The translations under genes were made by a program, and so were the position numbers. A stretch of 61,020 nucleotides of DNA, the filler included, from Sphacelaria rigidula (lineage: Eukaryota), in the NCBI GenBank assembly GCA_964200075.2. It is 9 parts of 9 records of this genome, joined end to end, with 100 filler letters (N's around TTAATTAATTAA, not from the genome) between each part and the next. Parts side by side here need not be neighbours in the genome. Positions count along the whole stretch, not along the records: positions 33,957 to 40,647 come from CAXNAA020018593.1; positions 40,748 to 47,438 come from CAXNAA020018594.1; positions 47,539 to 54,229 come from CAXNAA020018595.1; 6 more parts are not named here. The stretch is one strand, 5' to 3'. Of this stretch, positions 34,886 through 47,700 are shown one piece after another. The stretch's first letter is position 1. Every line of letters begins with the position of its first letter. Under the pieces are notes generated by a model. That model saw only the letters and a list, made by a program, of their open reading frames with translations, ran no database searches and was not told where the DNA came from.

Positions 34886-37800
34886 TAACTCCTTAAAACG
34901 GCGGGAAGTTTTACCGATGAGCGTTTTTTTGGGTCTTTTCCGTGAAGCATGTATGCAAAACTATTCCATTGGGAATACAGACAAATGTGATACGCAGCAA
35001 GCGACATCAGCATCGCCGTCATGAGCGTGAGGTGATCAAGTAGTCGACTCTCCCCAGGCTGTGCGTCTCCTAAACCGCTATCTCACCCACCTATCCAACG
35101 ACTCCACGTAAAAAAAGGCTTTCGCCAGATTGAGAATCTATCATATGGTTTGAGAGTAAGCGCAAATAACGGGAAATCCTGATCCATTCATCGACTGGTG
35201 TTCATCGGGGAACAATCGCCCAGCCAGACAAGGAGCACCTACAATGATATGGCAGTGCTTAGCCGTGGGATAAACCCAATGTTGAATATTGCTTTGCTGT
35301 ATTGGGCTCATCGATCACCAGGAATATACAACGCCAGATGTCCAGAAATGATCGACTGATGGGAAGCAGCTTCACTTCCGAAATGCTCCTCCAGGCCATA
35401 TGCGCTCTTTGTAGTGGCTTGCCACTGGAGCTTCAAATACCCCTGGGTAGGGTATCGTGTACAGTATGTGTGGCACACGGGAATGTTATCGGCAAAATAA
35501 AAATACAGTATGATGGTCAAGTTAGAGCGAATTAGGTGGACTTCGAAGTGTCGTTGTCCGGGTACCAGCATTGAAGGTCGATATGCTGCGCCCCGCCAAG
35601 TTGAGTCCTGCCATGGCGACACACGACCAATTGGACCATGGACTAATGTTTCTGTGTTTTGATTGCGGTTGATGTAGCCAGTGACGAGCATTGCTACTTT
35701 TCGGGCGATAAACGCTTCCCATGGGTAATTATGCCACGGTACTTTGTAGATGATGTGGACAATGGACCCTGAATGACAGCGTTGGGGAATCCTCCAAAAG
35801 AGAACACAGGGATCGCAGTGCCATCGGGTTTGATTCCGTGTCCTCATGCACCAAGAGACATTTCATCTGCGCAAACCGGGCGCCATATCGAGGGCATGGC
35901 CTGAAAAACGAGGCATGAGTTCCATAACCAAAAATGGATCAGCCTTCATGCAGCATCGTTGGGTTACAAAACCCTGTAGCACCTGTGTCCTCCACATCTG
36001 CCGGCTTGCTCATGACCGCTCCCGAGTAAGTGTGGCCGATCTTGCGATCTCTGTCGGCTCTCTCGACACAAGTAACACAGCAGTCGCCATCTCCTGCTCG
36101 TCTCAACATCTCCTACAAAAAGGCCATGGCATGGTGAGGGTTGTGGCTTCTTGTGTTCCCCAGCAGGGAAATATTTTCATCCCAACACGCACCCTCTTTG
36201 TGGCACGTTCATCTTGGCGCCATGTGACACCATCCCTACTGGATGTCGCTCTAAAGAGGCGTCACACAAGCTCTTGGATTGGAACAATATCACCAGAAGT
36301 CTACACTGTCGAATCGTGGTGAGACACAAGGGCCACCCTGTCGATGCTATAAACCCCTGTCGACGCCACGAACTGATCGTTCATCACATCACATCACATC
36401 ACATCACATCACATGAAATCAAATCATCACATTATTTTATGGGCGATACATTTACTGCACTCTAAATCCACACGTCACGTCATCATCGCAAATGTTCATC
36501 TCGGTGCTGAGTGCTGTCAGGAGCAGCGCATAACTCAATGTTATCGCAAAACTTGTGGGTCATCTTGGGCTTCCCGCACTTGCTACACATATACCAGTGT
36601 GTCACCAGCTCCGGAGTGCGGTCGCGAGTCCTGCTGCGCTTTTTCCCTCGCGGCACCTGGGAAGAGAGTGGTACATCATTTTCGACATGTGTGAGTAAAA
36701 AGCTCCCTCACACCCGACCATGCACACGCTTCCTGTTCCAAGTGCTGCAGGCGGGTCTGATTTCGCCTGAGATGGACATATGGGCCTACGACAGCGGTAG
36801 CACCGAACCGAATTTTGCCCAAAACCGCCAACATGTGGAAGTAAGTATCCAGTATAAAGTTCCATCTTTCCGACAATCCAGTAGCATAAACTCCTTTTCC
36901 AGCTTATTTTTCACGTGCGTTTCATACCTGGCTTCCAGGAAAGCATCATGGTCGTCCGTCCAAGTGTCGACTATTTTAACTTGGTGTCAGTATGAAATCT
37001 CGAAATGATGTCAGGATAGACCTTGGTTTCAGTATACTTGTGTTTCTTGACGCAGGCACGATTTTTTTTGGCCAAAGGCTGCGACAGCAGCTGCAACAGA
37101 GAATCCCGATAACTAGGTGTTGTTCTCATCCGAGAGTTGTCACAGGCCACTGTACGTGCACAGCTTAGCATAAATGTGCGGCACAGAGCTGTGACGACAG
37201 CAACGGCAGTGGCAGCAAACACGATGTCGTGGACTAACTGACTGACTGACGGGGAAAGGCAACCTCACCACCGTCTATCCTGACAGCGCTATAACATTCC
37301 ACACCCCGTACAACCAACCACTGTTACTTCCAAGTGTTCCCGCCGACAGCTGCTGTCAGTGTGCCACGGGACTTCGGGACGGGAATTCCCGTCCCCCTGA
37401 AGGTCACACGAAGGGATCGTTTCCCGTCGCCAAAATAATGACGGGAGGGAACGGCAATACTTGGGCACTAACGGCACCGAACGGGACAGGGCGGGACGAA
37501 ATCCTGTACCGACCAGTCCTCATGGGATGTGTGTAACCCCCCCGAAAACGAGCTCTATGAGACCATAACTTTGTTCAAGAACGGACACCAGTGGTGATGT
37601 ACAACATCCGACCACAGCAGGTGGATCGACTTACAAATGCTACGGAAAAACGGTGCCGTCACGTCCCGCGGATTTGGAGGGATGGCGATTCCCGTCTTAT
37701 CCTATCCCGAAGTATGGCCACAAGCGCTGGTTACGACAAACAACGTTTTCGCAAGTTCGAGATCGTGAAAAAAAAGTATACCCTATCTGTCATGATGTGA

Positions 37801-38043
37801 TCCCTGCAGGCGGAATTCCGAGGCAGGTCCTGACCGTTCTTCTGTGACGGGGTCTAGAAAAACGAGAAAATCACCTCGATTTTGAATGGGAAGCTCGAAT
37901 AGCAGCGCGCTGCAATGCTCTGCGTCTAGCGGCGACGCGGTATCGTCTCTTAGATGCTCTGTTGTCGCGGTGGGGGAGCACCTAGCTACGCATGAATGCG
38001 CAGTCTCGCCCCCGTCGGTATTTACTCACTGTTCCCGTCTTAA

Positions 38044-39087
38044 CCCTTTTGGGACCGAGCCCCCACGAACATGGGGTTGACCATATGTTAGTGAAGTACT
38101 AAAATAAGTCAGGGAGCGACCTGCCCAATCACGGCGAGACTAAATTTATTGACCAGACCCGAACGACCAGTGCGGGGATTGTTAGCGGGTTTGATGTCAC
38201 TGCCAAGATCGTGTGGGGACCCTATCCCTGGCCCAGATAAACACCTCCCCAGGTATGCAAGTCCTGAGTGCTCGGGGAACGGCTTCTCGTATTACTTGCA
38301 TTCAATGTAGCACTCCCGGGATTTCCCGGATGTTTGTTTTGGGTCGCCAGCCTATACTACAACGTAGTAATCAAACTACCACATGGTTGGGGGGGGAAAG
38401 CCGGGAAAAAGCGTACATGCCACTGTGTGGTCATTTTCCCGAGGCACTAAACCCAGCTGGGCCGTGGAAGGAGAGGATGAGCTGTAGTCATAAGTTTCGC
38501 CTATCCCTCTGCTGATGCCTTGCAGAAAACAGTAAAAACATGTATGTAGTGGTCGGGGACGAAGAAGCGGTAAACAGGCGGCTGATTTGGGCAGCTGAGA
38601 ACTGCCCAGAACGTGCAAGGGAAGATGCAGCGGCAGCTGCTGCTGCGTACTGCACTGTAATTTATGACTGTATGTGCGCCGCAACGCCCATACGTTTCGA
38701 GGAGAATTTGCCGCTTGCAACAAGGAGAAAAATCGCGGTCCACCCCGACCACGAAGGTCTGTGCGGCAAGGTGATGGGGACAATGATATTATCCAAAGCC
38801 ACAAGTGGCGGGCGGCCCGCCGGTCGCCGCATCCTGTTGAAAGCTCTCAACGGCGAGCCATACTGCTTGTTACATCAGATGTACATGGCCTAATGCGCAC
38901 CCTACCCGAATGACAGTTTGTATATCTGCACCTGAAATAGATTGGAAGGAACTTCCGGTCTTCCTCCTAGCCCTGCGGTTACATACGTGGATTTTAAGCA
39001 ACATGAAGCAACTGTTTTGTTCAGACGCCAGGCATGTCATTCCTAACCAGCCTCATTGGTCGTTCTGGAGGCCCGATCCCAAAGGGG
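38044..39087 (+). mobile_element. Non-autonomous piggyBac-like element, copy B (TTAA TSD)
   Basis: TTAA (38040-43)|CCCTTTTGGGACCG ... CGATCCCAAAGGGG|TTAA (39088-91). Confidence 0.88.
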
Positions 39088-39674
39088 TTAAGGAACAACA
39101 GTGTTTATGTAAAGATATATTTTCATGGGGACCAATCTGTACTTGTACAAATCTGAGGATTTCAGCCCGTCTGCATGCAATTTCCTCCCGTGGATTGATT
39201 TTCGGACCCCAGTTCGTTAGGCACTGTTTCTCGGCTTGCTGTGAGAAAACCACATCACTTCTCTGTCCCTCGCGCACACATAGTCGGGGAATGCCTCAAT
39301 TCGAGCAGAAAGGCGGCATACCAAAACTTCACGTCCGGAAATCGAAGAATTGATTTTCTCAACGCTAGCCAAGAGACATCACCCAACGGACTAGGGTCCG
39401 AAAAATCAATGCACGGGAGAAAATCGCCTGTACACGGCCTGAAATCCTCAGAATTATATAAGTATATATCGGTACCCATAAAAAATGGTCCAAAATGGAT
39501 GCGTCGACCAAGAAAAGTTTGGAGAACGTGCAATTCCGGCATGTAACAATGTTTTCGTGAGATTGACAGTCTAGCGTTGATTGAGGACGAGGTTTATTAT
39601 TCGCTCTGACTTGACAAATTCTCCCTTGTGTATGTGGGAGGTGGGGTATTGGAAACAAATGAAGAAGAAAAAAT

Positions 39675-39785
39675 CTCCTGTGTTGACCTTCTTCCTGTGT
39701 GACCCCAGCTGATGCGCCCACATATACCGAAAGGTGTAGCCCGGCGTCCAGAATAGATGGGACGACAACACACACACATACAACA
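39675..39785 (-). repeat. Short dispersed repeat with CA-rich end; second copy ~42165-42235
   Basis: ccacatataccgaaaggtgtagcccggcgtccagaatagatgggacgacaaca versus ccacatgtaccgaaaggggtagactggcgtccagaataaatgggatgacaaca. Confidence 0.75.
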
Positions 39786-40747
39786 CTGTCGTGTGCTTAC
39801 AGCTACACGTCGATATCCTTCTCAGGAATATCAAAGGCTTCAGGGGCAAGCTACTCCAGAAAGCGTATCGGGCCTCGTATAAGGCCTGGAGGGGCATGTC
39901 GGATCTGAAACTGTTTCATTCATTAGATGGCCGCTCGTCTCTCTCAATCGCATCCTAGACTCTCAATCTTTCGGAAACATTGTGGTGTATGGCGTTACAT
40001 CAAAAGCTTCATTCGAACCGTTCACGATTGCCCTGCGCTACAAGAGTTAGGCGTTAGTTCCGTACGCGCGTTTTTTTCTTGAAATTAAGCTCCATTTTTT
40101 TTTAGCTTTTTTAGCGCAAATTAGGCGCGCTTAATGCGCCTTATCCCTGTCCTCGTTGTGGCGTTGTGGCAGTATCCCCTCACGAGGCGCGCCTTCTAGC
40201 ATGAGGACAAGACGACAAGTTGGGCATTCGAAGTTTTGTTGATTGTTCATAATTAATAAATGAAGCTTTTCTTCAGTTATTGAATTTGGAGACCACGACC
40301 TGCACACCTACACCGTAACCCACGTACGGAAACAACAAACGCCACTACACGTACGATACTTGATACAGCAGTACGGCATTGTAGCCTCTGGACACAGGGC
40401 ATTGCCGCCTTTGGCCTCTCGCCCGGCAAGCTACAAGGTACCAGCTACCCCCCCCCCCCATCAATGTGGGGCACCCATGAGGCAGTGTATAACCTGTGGC
40501 TGTCTCAGGAAGTGGCGATACCAGACAATGAAGCAATAACACATTGTAGGCTGTCATCCGAATGCAAGATAATCAGCAGGCTTCGGGCCGAACAATCTTA
40601 GCAGGATGCAGCTCACCCTTCATGCGATTCGCCGATAACACCACGGCNNNNNNNNNNNNNNNNNNNNNNNNNNNNNNNNNNNNNNNNNNNNTTAATTAAT
40701 TAANNNNNNNNNNNNNNNNNNNNNNNNNNNNNNNNNNNNNNNNNNNN

Positions 40748-40822
40748 TCGCTACTCCGTCTGCCCCTGCTGCCTTTCTGTTCTTGAGTTTAGCTACGCAA
40801 TCCTTTACTTCATCTCTAGTAC
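40748..40822 (-). mobile_element. Non-LTR retrotransposon (LINE) ORF2 fragment at contig edge
   Basis: TRDEVKDCVAKLKNRKAAGADGVA matches the pre-RT motif EV..AI..LKN.KAPG.DGI. Confidence 0.75.
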
Positions 40823-43183
40823 TCGGGGGGGGGGGGCAGTTCTCAAACGATTGTCCGAGAAATAGTTTCGGTCGGCTTTCCTTCATTCCCGAAACGAGTT
40901 TTCTCGAGGGAAAGCGTCCCACAAGAAACGGTGTTTAAGAAATCTGTCCGAAAAACACCATAGGAGTATCTTCAAAGTGTTCTTTTTCGGTAACCCTAGA
41001 AGAAGCGGTCTCAGCAGCCTGCCGGGAAATACTAAATCTCCACTATATGTTATTCAACCATTTTCCCGTTATACTTTCACCCCTTCCCTTCCTCGAGACG
41101 ACTCCGTAGCCAAGGGGTCAACTTATCTCCCCCCTGGCGCATTCCTAGCATTTTGGCACCGCAGAAAGGATCAGTACTCCCGCACCGCGTTGACTCTCGC
41201 AAAATTTTCTTCGCTACTCGTACTCCCTCACGTTTTGGCGACAGAAATAAAATTTTCATAAGAAACCAAACATATAACAGTGTATCTGGTGTGAAATCAA
41301 GCACTTACTCCGCCCTTAGTCGGTTTTTGAGGCGAACTAGTTACACCATCCGGGCGGGCACGGCGGTATTCCATTTCATCTACTGCATATTCAGCTCCTT
41401 GCGACGATTTGCCACAGCACCTGGTGCAGTATCTTATGAAGCGACTCTTCCATAAAATGCACCTGACGGGTCCTTCTCGAGAAACATGGATGGGGCCGAC
41501 CTCACGGCTCAAAGCACGTACTTCACTTTCGAAAACTTTTGCATAAATGAAAGCCTCGGTGTTTTCTTTTGGCAAGGCCCACAACTGCGTGCATCTCGTG
41601 CGCGGTTGTACTTGGAGTACAAGTACAGGAGATAGCAGTTGTCTATTTTTCAAGAAAGACAAACGCGGAAAAACGATGGTGATGTACCTGCCATGGCTGC
41701 AAAGGCAGACTTCCACTGATGAGCAACCCTGAATGGGCAACCATGTAAAGACCTCCGCATCCAGCAGCAGCTAGTGCACTCAGACCGGCCACACGCTGCA
41801 AGGGCTGACGAAATTTCAAATTCAAAACACGCGGCAGCGCAGCAGTGGCGACACGTGGGGCGGTGATGTGAACGACAAACGTTTTCACTACAACACGAAC
41901 CCAGGAAAACTGTTCTCGATTGTGTTGAACAAAACAAAGGTTGTGAGATTCGAAGCTTGTGTCCTCGGTAGCGCTCTGTTCCTAAACTCCAACAGAATGC
42001 TGCGTGCTTATACGCAGCGCTGTCCGCGTACTGCAGTGCATAGTTGTGGATTTTTTCTCCTCATGCGATTTGGGCGTCAATCTTGCGGTGCGCTCGAATC
42101 TGCTGTTCCGAGCGGAACTATAATATCACACATCTAGTTCTATCTGTGTGACCGCGACTAATAAGTCCACATGTACCGAAAGGGGTAGACTGGCGTCCAG
42201 AATAAATGGGATGACAACATAACACCAAACACTCGCACTACTGTTGTAGGGCTGTGCCCCGACAACTCAGCAGCAAATCGTGAGCAAGGCATCTGTCCGA
42301 TCGGCAGTATTTGAGACGAAAAAAGATTGTCCATGACGCACATGACCCGTGCTGGTGGTCTCAGGGTTGAACCCGGAGATATTTGTTTTACCCTGGTGCA
42401 GCTGTACCGCCTTACAGAAAAACGTCAGGTTGACAAATACGACAGAAGCCATCTGTATCCTCGACAGAGGAAGCGCTATTGTGATGTCAAGGGAGATATG
42501 ATGGATCGGGGGATACTCAGGACTTGACAGATGATTTGAACACAACCAGACACTTTCCGTTGAAAAATCCAAACAGTATGACAAACGAGATCCGGCCCGT
42601 AATGCGGAGGTTGAAGAGGATTCGAAGTACGTCAACACGTATCTGTGCGCGGCTACCTTTTCCGTCAACGCTACGAACACAACGCAATCGGTCGCACCCA
42701 AACTATATCGTGGGGGAAATAGTGATACCCAACAATGCACAAGTAGAGTGCTTCGAGTCCGCGTAAACACCCACCTTCTCGGGTATAAGGCTCTTGAACG
42801 ACATGACTACAGCACGCCTAAATCTGTTGAAAACCCGATTTCCCAGCAGTAAGCAGTAGCAGTAGCAGTAGCAAGTACGGAAAGCAGAGCCGGCGTGTGC
42901 AGTGCGACTGGTTCGCGGATTCGAAGGAAATCAGTTCGATTGATTTTGCACTGCGTAGGATTCGACACTCAGCGGAAAGAGTCAGACAGAACTGACGGCT
43001 CCAGCGGAAAGTGATCCTGAACCTCTTCCACGTGGGGGCTGAAGCAGAGTATGACGTGAACCCAGAGCTGTGCTTGCACAGACAGTATGTTTTTTTGTTT
43101 TTTACTCTATAGTTTGGGGGCCATTTTGAAGCGATAAATAATGACGAATGTCTCGTATTACCTGCGTGCTTCTTACCCTTTCC

Positions 43184-43228
<45 letters not shown>

Positions 43229-43853
43229 ACACCCTATTAAACGACCGAAATAAATAAGGCTGCTTCTTATAGACTGAAAAAAGTATCATACCTCATACCA
43301 TTCAAGTACCATTCGACATGTGACACAAACCGTCCACAACCACCACGACAGTCCCGACGTGAGAGTATGACAGAGGTGCGCAGAGTAGATAATGGATAAT
43401 AACACGATTATTTAGCGCCGCACAGCACCTTGCACGACCCGCAACAGTGCCCTCGTCTGTAGGACTTGCTGAATGCTTCTCTGTGTGTCATCTCAACACG
43501 TGCAGACGGGTCAGGATTTTGACGTGATTCACACCAACCGCTAAAAGAGCACCAACGATAACTGGGCTCGGGGATATACATAAATTGACATATATCGCCG
43601 CGCCAAGTACGACCCCACAGCCTTGCCGTAGTTGCCCCGCACAGCACGCGAAATATACGGCACAAGGTTCAAGGTTCTCTCCCAGATACTAAATAAAGGA
43701 GGAAAGGTGGAGAGTAAACGGCAGCGAAAGAAGCTGCTGCTTACTTCCATTGTATGCTACAACGGTTGGGTGTGCGCAATTGGCCCGTAGTGCTTGCGTC
43801 TAGTGGATCAACGAAACGGGTGTGTCAGTAGTCCGTAAGACATTACCCTCAAG

Positions 43854-44753
43854 ATGGCTTCCACCGCGAATACGGAGTGCGACATCAACGGCGTAGCAGC
43901 GCGTGTTCGTGGAAACAAGCATGACATGACCGACAGTGCCAAGGGCCAGCAATCGGAAGCTACTGCTATCGATGCTGCCAGCAGATCTTCTTCTGTCACA
44001 CGACCGGTGAGTTCATCTTCCCAGCGAAATGCTAGCGAGAACACATCCCCGGAACATCCTCGTTCGACGGCTTCGCCTGCCGCAGGACAAGAGGTCACTC
44101 AAGAGGCCGACCAGACCAGCAACAGTAAAACCATCGCCCCACCTAGCGAGATCGTCCAACAAGCACGCGCGGCGGGGAAAGCAGCGCAGGCGAGCTTAAC
44201 CCCAGCCGAAAAACAAGCTGCGAGGAAAGAAAGGAGAGATCGCACGCGAAAAGCAAAGCTAGAGCAACACTGCGCGAAGAAGGCAGGGCAACGTAGTAAA
44301 GGCCGCCGCCGTGGGGCGAACAGGAAAAAGGACTCCAGCGGGCGCATCCGCGCAATGGCGGGGGAGAAGAATGAGACGCCTGATCCATTCGATGATTGGC
44401 TTGGCAGGCGTCTGAGGGCCTGGTGCGAGAAAGTAGTGCTTGTGGAGGGTAGCGAGCCACCTGAAGGCTGCGGGGAGGCGGGAATGGTCGAGTTCGATGT
44501 CAATGAGGACGAGATAGGTGAAAAGCGTTTTAGGCGTCACTCCAACAACCTACTGCGTCGTGTGCGTCAAGCCGTTCGCCCATGTATCTCTATGAGCTCG
44601 GCCGTAAATTTGTATAGGGTTGATCCTATTTTCTGGATAGAAGCTCCGCAGGGCAACGCTTTCTATGGGGCTCGCGCTGTCATGCCCTGCGTTTTTTCCG
44701 AGAGAACGGGGGAGCCAAAAGCAGGTGGCACAGCTGACGAAAATATGACGTAA
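43854..44753 (+). CDS. Intronless 299-aa ORF of unknown function (S/A-rich, then K/R-rich, then globular-looking segment)
   Basis: ATG-initiated 900-bp ORF, second longest in the window, protein-like composition; no recognised family. Confidence 0.5.
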   Translation: MASTANTECDINGVAARVRGNKHDMTDSAKGQQSEATAIDAASRSSSVTRPVSSSSQRNASENTSPEHPRSTASPAAGQEVTQEADQTSNSKTIAPPSEIVQQARAAGKAAQASLTPAEKQAARKERRDRTRKAKLEQHCAKKAGQRSKGRRRGANRKKDSSGRIRAMAGEKNETPDPFDDWLGRRLRAWCEKVVLVEGSEPPEGCGEAGMVEFDVNEDEIGEKRFRRHSNNLLRRVRQAVRPCISMSSAVNLYRVDPIFWIEAPQGNAFYGARAVMPCVFSERTGEPKAGGTADENMT

Positions 44754-47700
44754 TGACCCATCGAGAAACAGCTGCACTACATGAGAACGAGCTGCATGTC
44801 TTCCGCTCTCGTTTATAACAGTTGACGCGGAACTCATAGCTTTTTTGTGTGTTCATCGACCGTGCATTTGCCCAGCACCTACAGCTTCTGGTTGGCACAA
44901 TGTTGACATACCGCACAGCTGGGCAAGCCAGATAGCAATTTATTCGCATGGGGTTGTCAACCACTGTGCCACCTTCTGATCGGCCGTTTTACTCACTGCG
45001 GCAAATTTCCTCACCTGCCAGTACCCGCCCCGATGATCTGAGTGATGGCGTCCCATTTGATGTATCCCACTTTTGCTGCTCTGTATCATCGTTCTTGTTT
45101 GGGAGCAGCGTTCCCAACATCGCTCACCGCGCTCCAGCGACGCCAGGTGCATGGATGGGCGATGCAACTGGCTCTGTTTCATGCATCTAGCGGGGATGAC
45201 GCTGATAGACACGTCATCGTTTCCAAGACAGGTACGAGTCTGTACACGCGCGCATGGCTGTGTCGCACTCTCGACACTGGGCGTGCCCTGTTCAGGGCGG
45301 AGCAATCTTTTCTCGGCGCTACTGGGGTATGTTCACACTCGTTGTGACCTAGTGTACCATCAAGTGAACCACGCGAACTCACCCCGGAGTGGGATGCATA
45401 CGGTACGCTGTGGATGTCTCAGGCTGATAATGCTGTAGTGGAACTCATCCCTTCCTAGTGATCAGTAGAAGGCACGAATTCCGTTCGCAGTAACAATCCT
45501 GAGGCTAAACGTGTGGCTATCATGATCCCAAAATACTGTAAAACGTATGCATGACTTTAGCCACGTAGGTGTCATCGATACCCTTTTACACCAGGAAGTA
45601 CACAGTAATTGGACCTGTCCTATGTTCGATATTCTTACCGTCGAGAACGTCGAGGCATAACCGACATCACGCGGTAAGTGATAGCTAATATGGAACGTCG
45701 AGGAAAGGAGGCGATATTGTATATGGAAGGAACGAAAAATAGCCACAAGAACTCAAGTGGTGTGCACTTTTGATCTGAAATTAGATACTGTAACGTATAG
45801 CATCGCCCGTCATCCTCCAAGGTCATAGTCACCACCATGTACCATATTCCAGCGAATCATATCCTTGCCAGACACTGATTGCGATATATCAATGCTATCT
45901 CTTGCTCTGCCAAACGGTAAGGCCGCAACGAAGCAAGGACATTTAATGGAAAGCCTAAAAAGCAACTCCAAAAAATACGGACCGAAACATGAATCTTTTC
46001 ACAGTTTGACATCCTCATGAATCTCCACCCAACTCCAAATTAAATGCTGAAACATTCAGGGTTGTAAGCGATGAAGGTCAAGTACTGATTCATTCCAAAA
46101 CCTGAAGAGACGTGTCACTTCATTTGCAAATCGTAGACGGCAATTCTATTAACTATCTAACCAGATCTAAACAAGATGGAACTGAGGCTTCTGACAGTCG
46201 GGTGCGTATGCTACAAAGTAAGGCCATACTCCTGAAGTATTGCCAAGCCAAAACACACGGATTGAAAACATCTTCAAGAGAGGACTTCTCTCCTTACTTT
46301 GTACGCGTATAGGGCAGCAGTCAACAATAATAGGGGGGAGGCACACCCCTCCCTACGTGGCATTTGCGTGGTCCATCAATCGTTATTTATGATTCAAACA
46401 CAGTGCACACCTCGAGCAACAATTGTAAGAGAAACAAAACGTACCTCCAGCACCTGGGACTACAAGGGCCAACCACACCCAGCAATTATTACGTAAATAG
46501 TAGGAGGTATTGGGGGAACTGTGCTTCCTCATAGCAGTCAGCAAGCCAGACGATCACTGTGGTCTTTACCCGTTCTATCGAACCCTCAACAGCAGCTGTA
46601 GAAGTTCAGCCTGCCACAGTACATGTACCCGTTCAAGTTCACGTATTTTCCTGGGAACGTGGAATTTTCTTTTGCAGAGAAGCTTTCACGACGCCGCACA
46701 CAAGTACACCTTGAAGTGTTGGGTATCTTATCGAGATGATAAAGTGGACACGACCATCAATGCATCAAATATTACGTACATCTAGCTTACCGTCAGTCTG
46801 GGTGTTACAAGTGCGGCGCACCTGCTTCTTAGTCAACGGTTTGGTTATTTTTCTCAAAAATCAGTCGAACGGAAATATTATGGTCTTTTTATCGTGGACA
46901 ATTGTTCATTGCACTGTATTGGGCACTCTCAACTGCACCTTGTAGTCGCACGGAGCCCACAAGGCACCGAAGGCACCTTCGACAGTCTCACCGTCACTTC
47001 AGGTATGTGCTACCCAACACACATGTAAAATGGGCACCTACCCAAAGCCACCAATTTCATTAGAACATGGTCTGGAAATGGTTCTGCGGCACGTGCCGAA
47101 GAAACAGATCAAAAGGGCATCTCACCTCAAAATGTTTTCCAGCTAATCTGTTGCTGCAAACCAGATGGTGTTGCATGTGCATGCACGTGCACGTTTCATC
47201 GGGCAGGTCATATGCACGCTTCACGTAAAAGGAAGAACGAGATGGTACATCTCACGCTCATTCGAAGTCGTGAGAGAAACGAGCAGAGGCAGTGTCGTGT
47301 CATCTTTGATGGGTCAGGCCATGAAACCAGGTTTCGGTGGTCAAACCTCCCGCGTTGTACATTGTGTACTCATGATCATGCATGCCATAGTCGTGAGACC
47401 ATTGACCTCGCATCCCTACAAAGCCGGGACGGAGCACGNNNNNNNNNNNNNNNNNNNNNNNNNNNNNNNNNNNNNNNNNNNNTTAATTAATTAANNNNNN
47501 NNNNNNNNNNNNNNNNNNNNNNNNNNNNNNNNNNNNNNCGCCCCCCCCCCCCCCCCGCTCGCTTACCAAACGTCAACACAGTAACCGCGGCAAGTGAAAA
47601 CGCTGCGAGGCACGCAGAATTATGTAGGAGACACCAGGCGGACCTATGGTTGCAAGCGTCCAGACAGGCGATATACTAGCAAACAGTCGACAACCGACAG

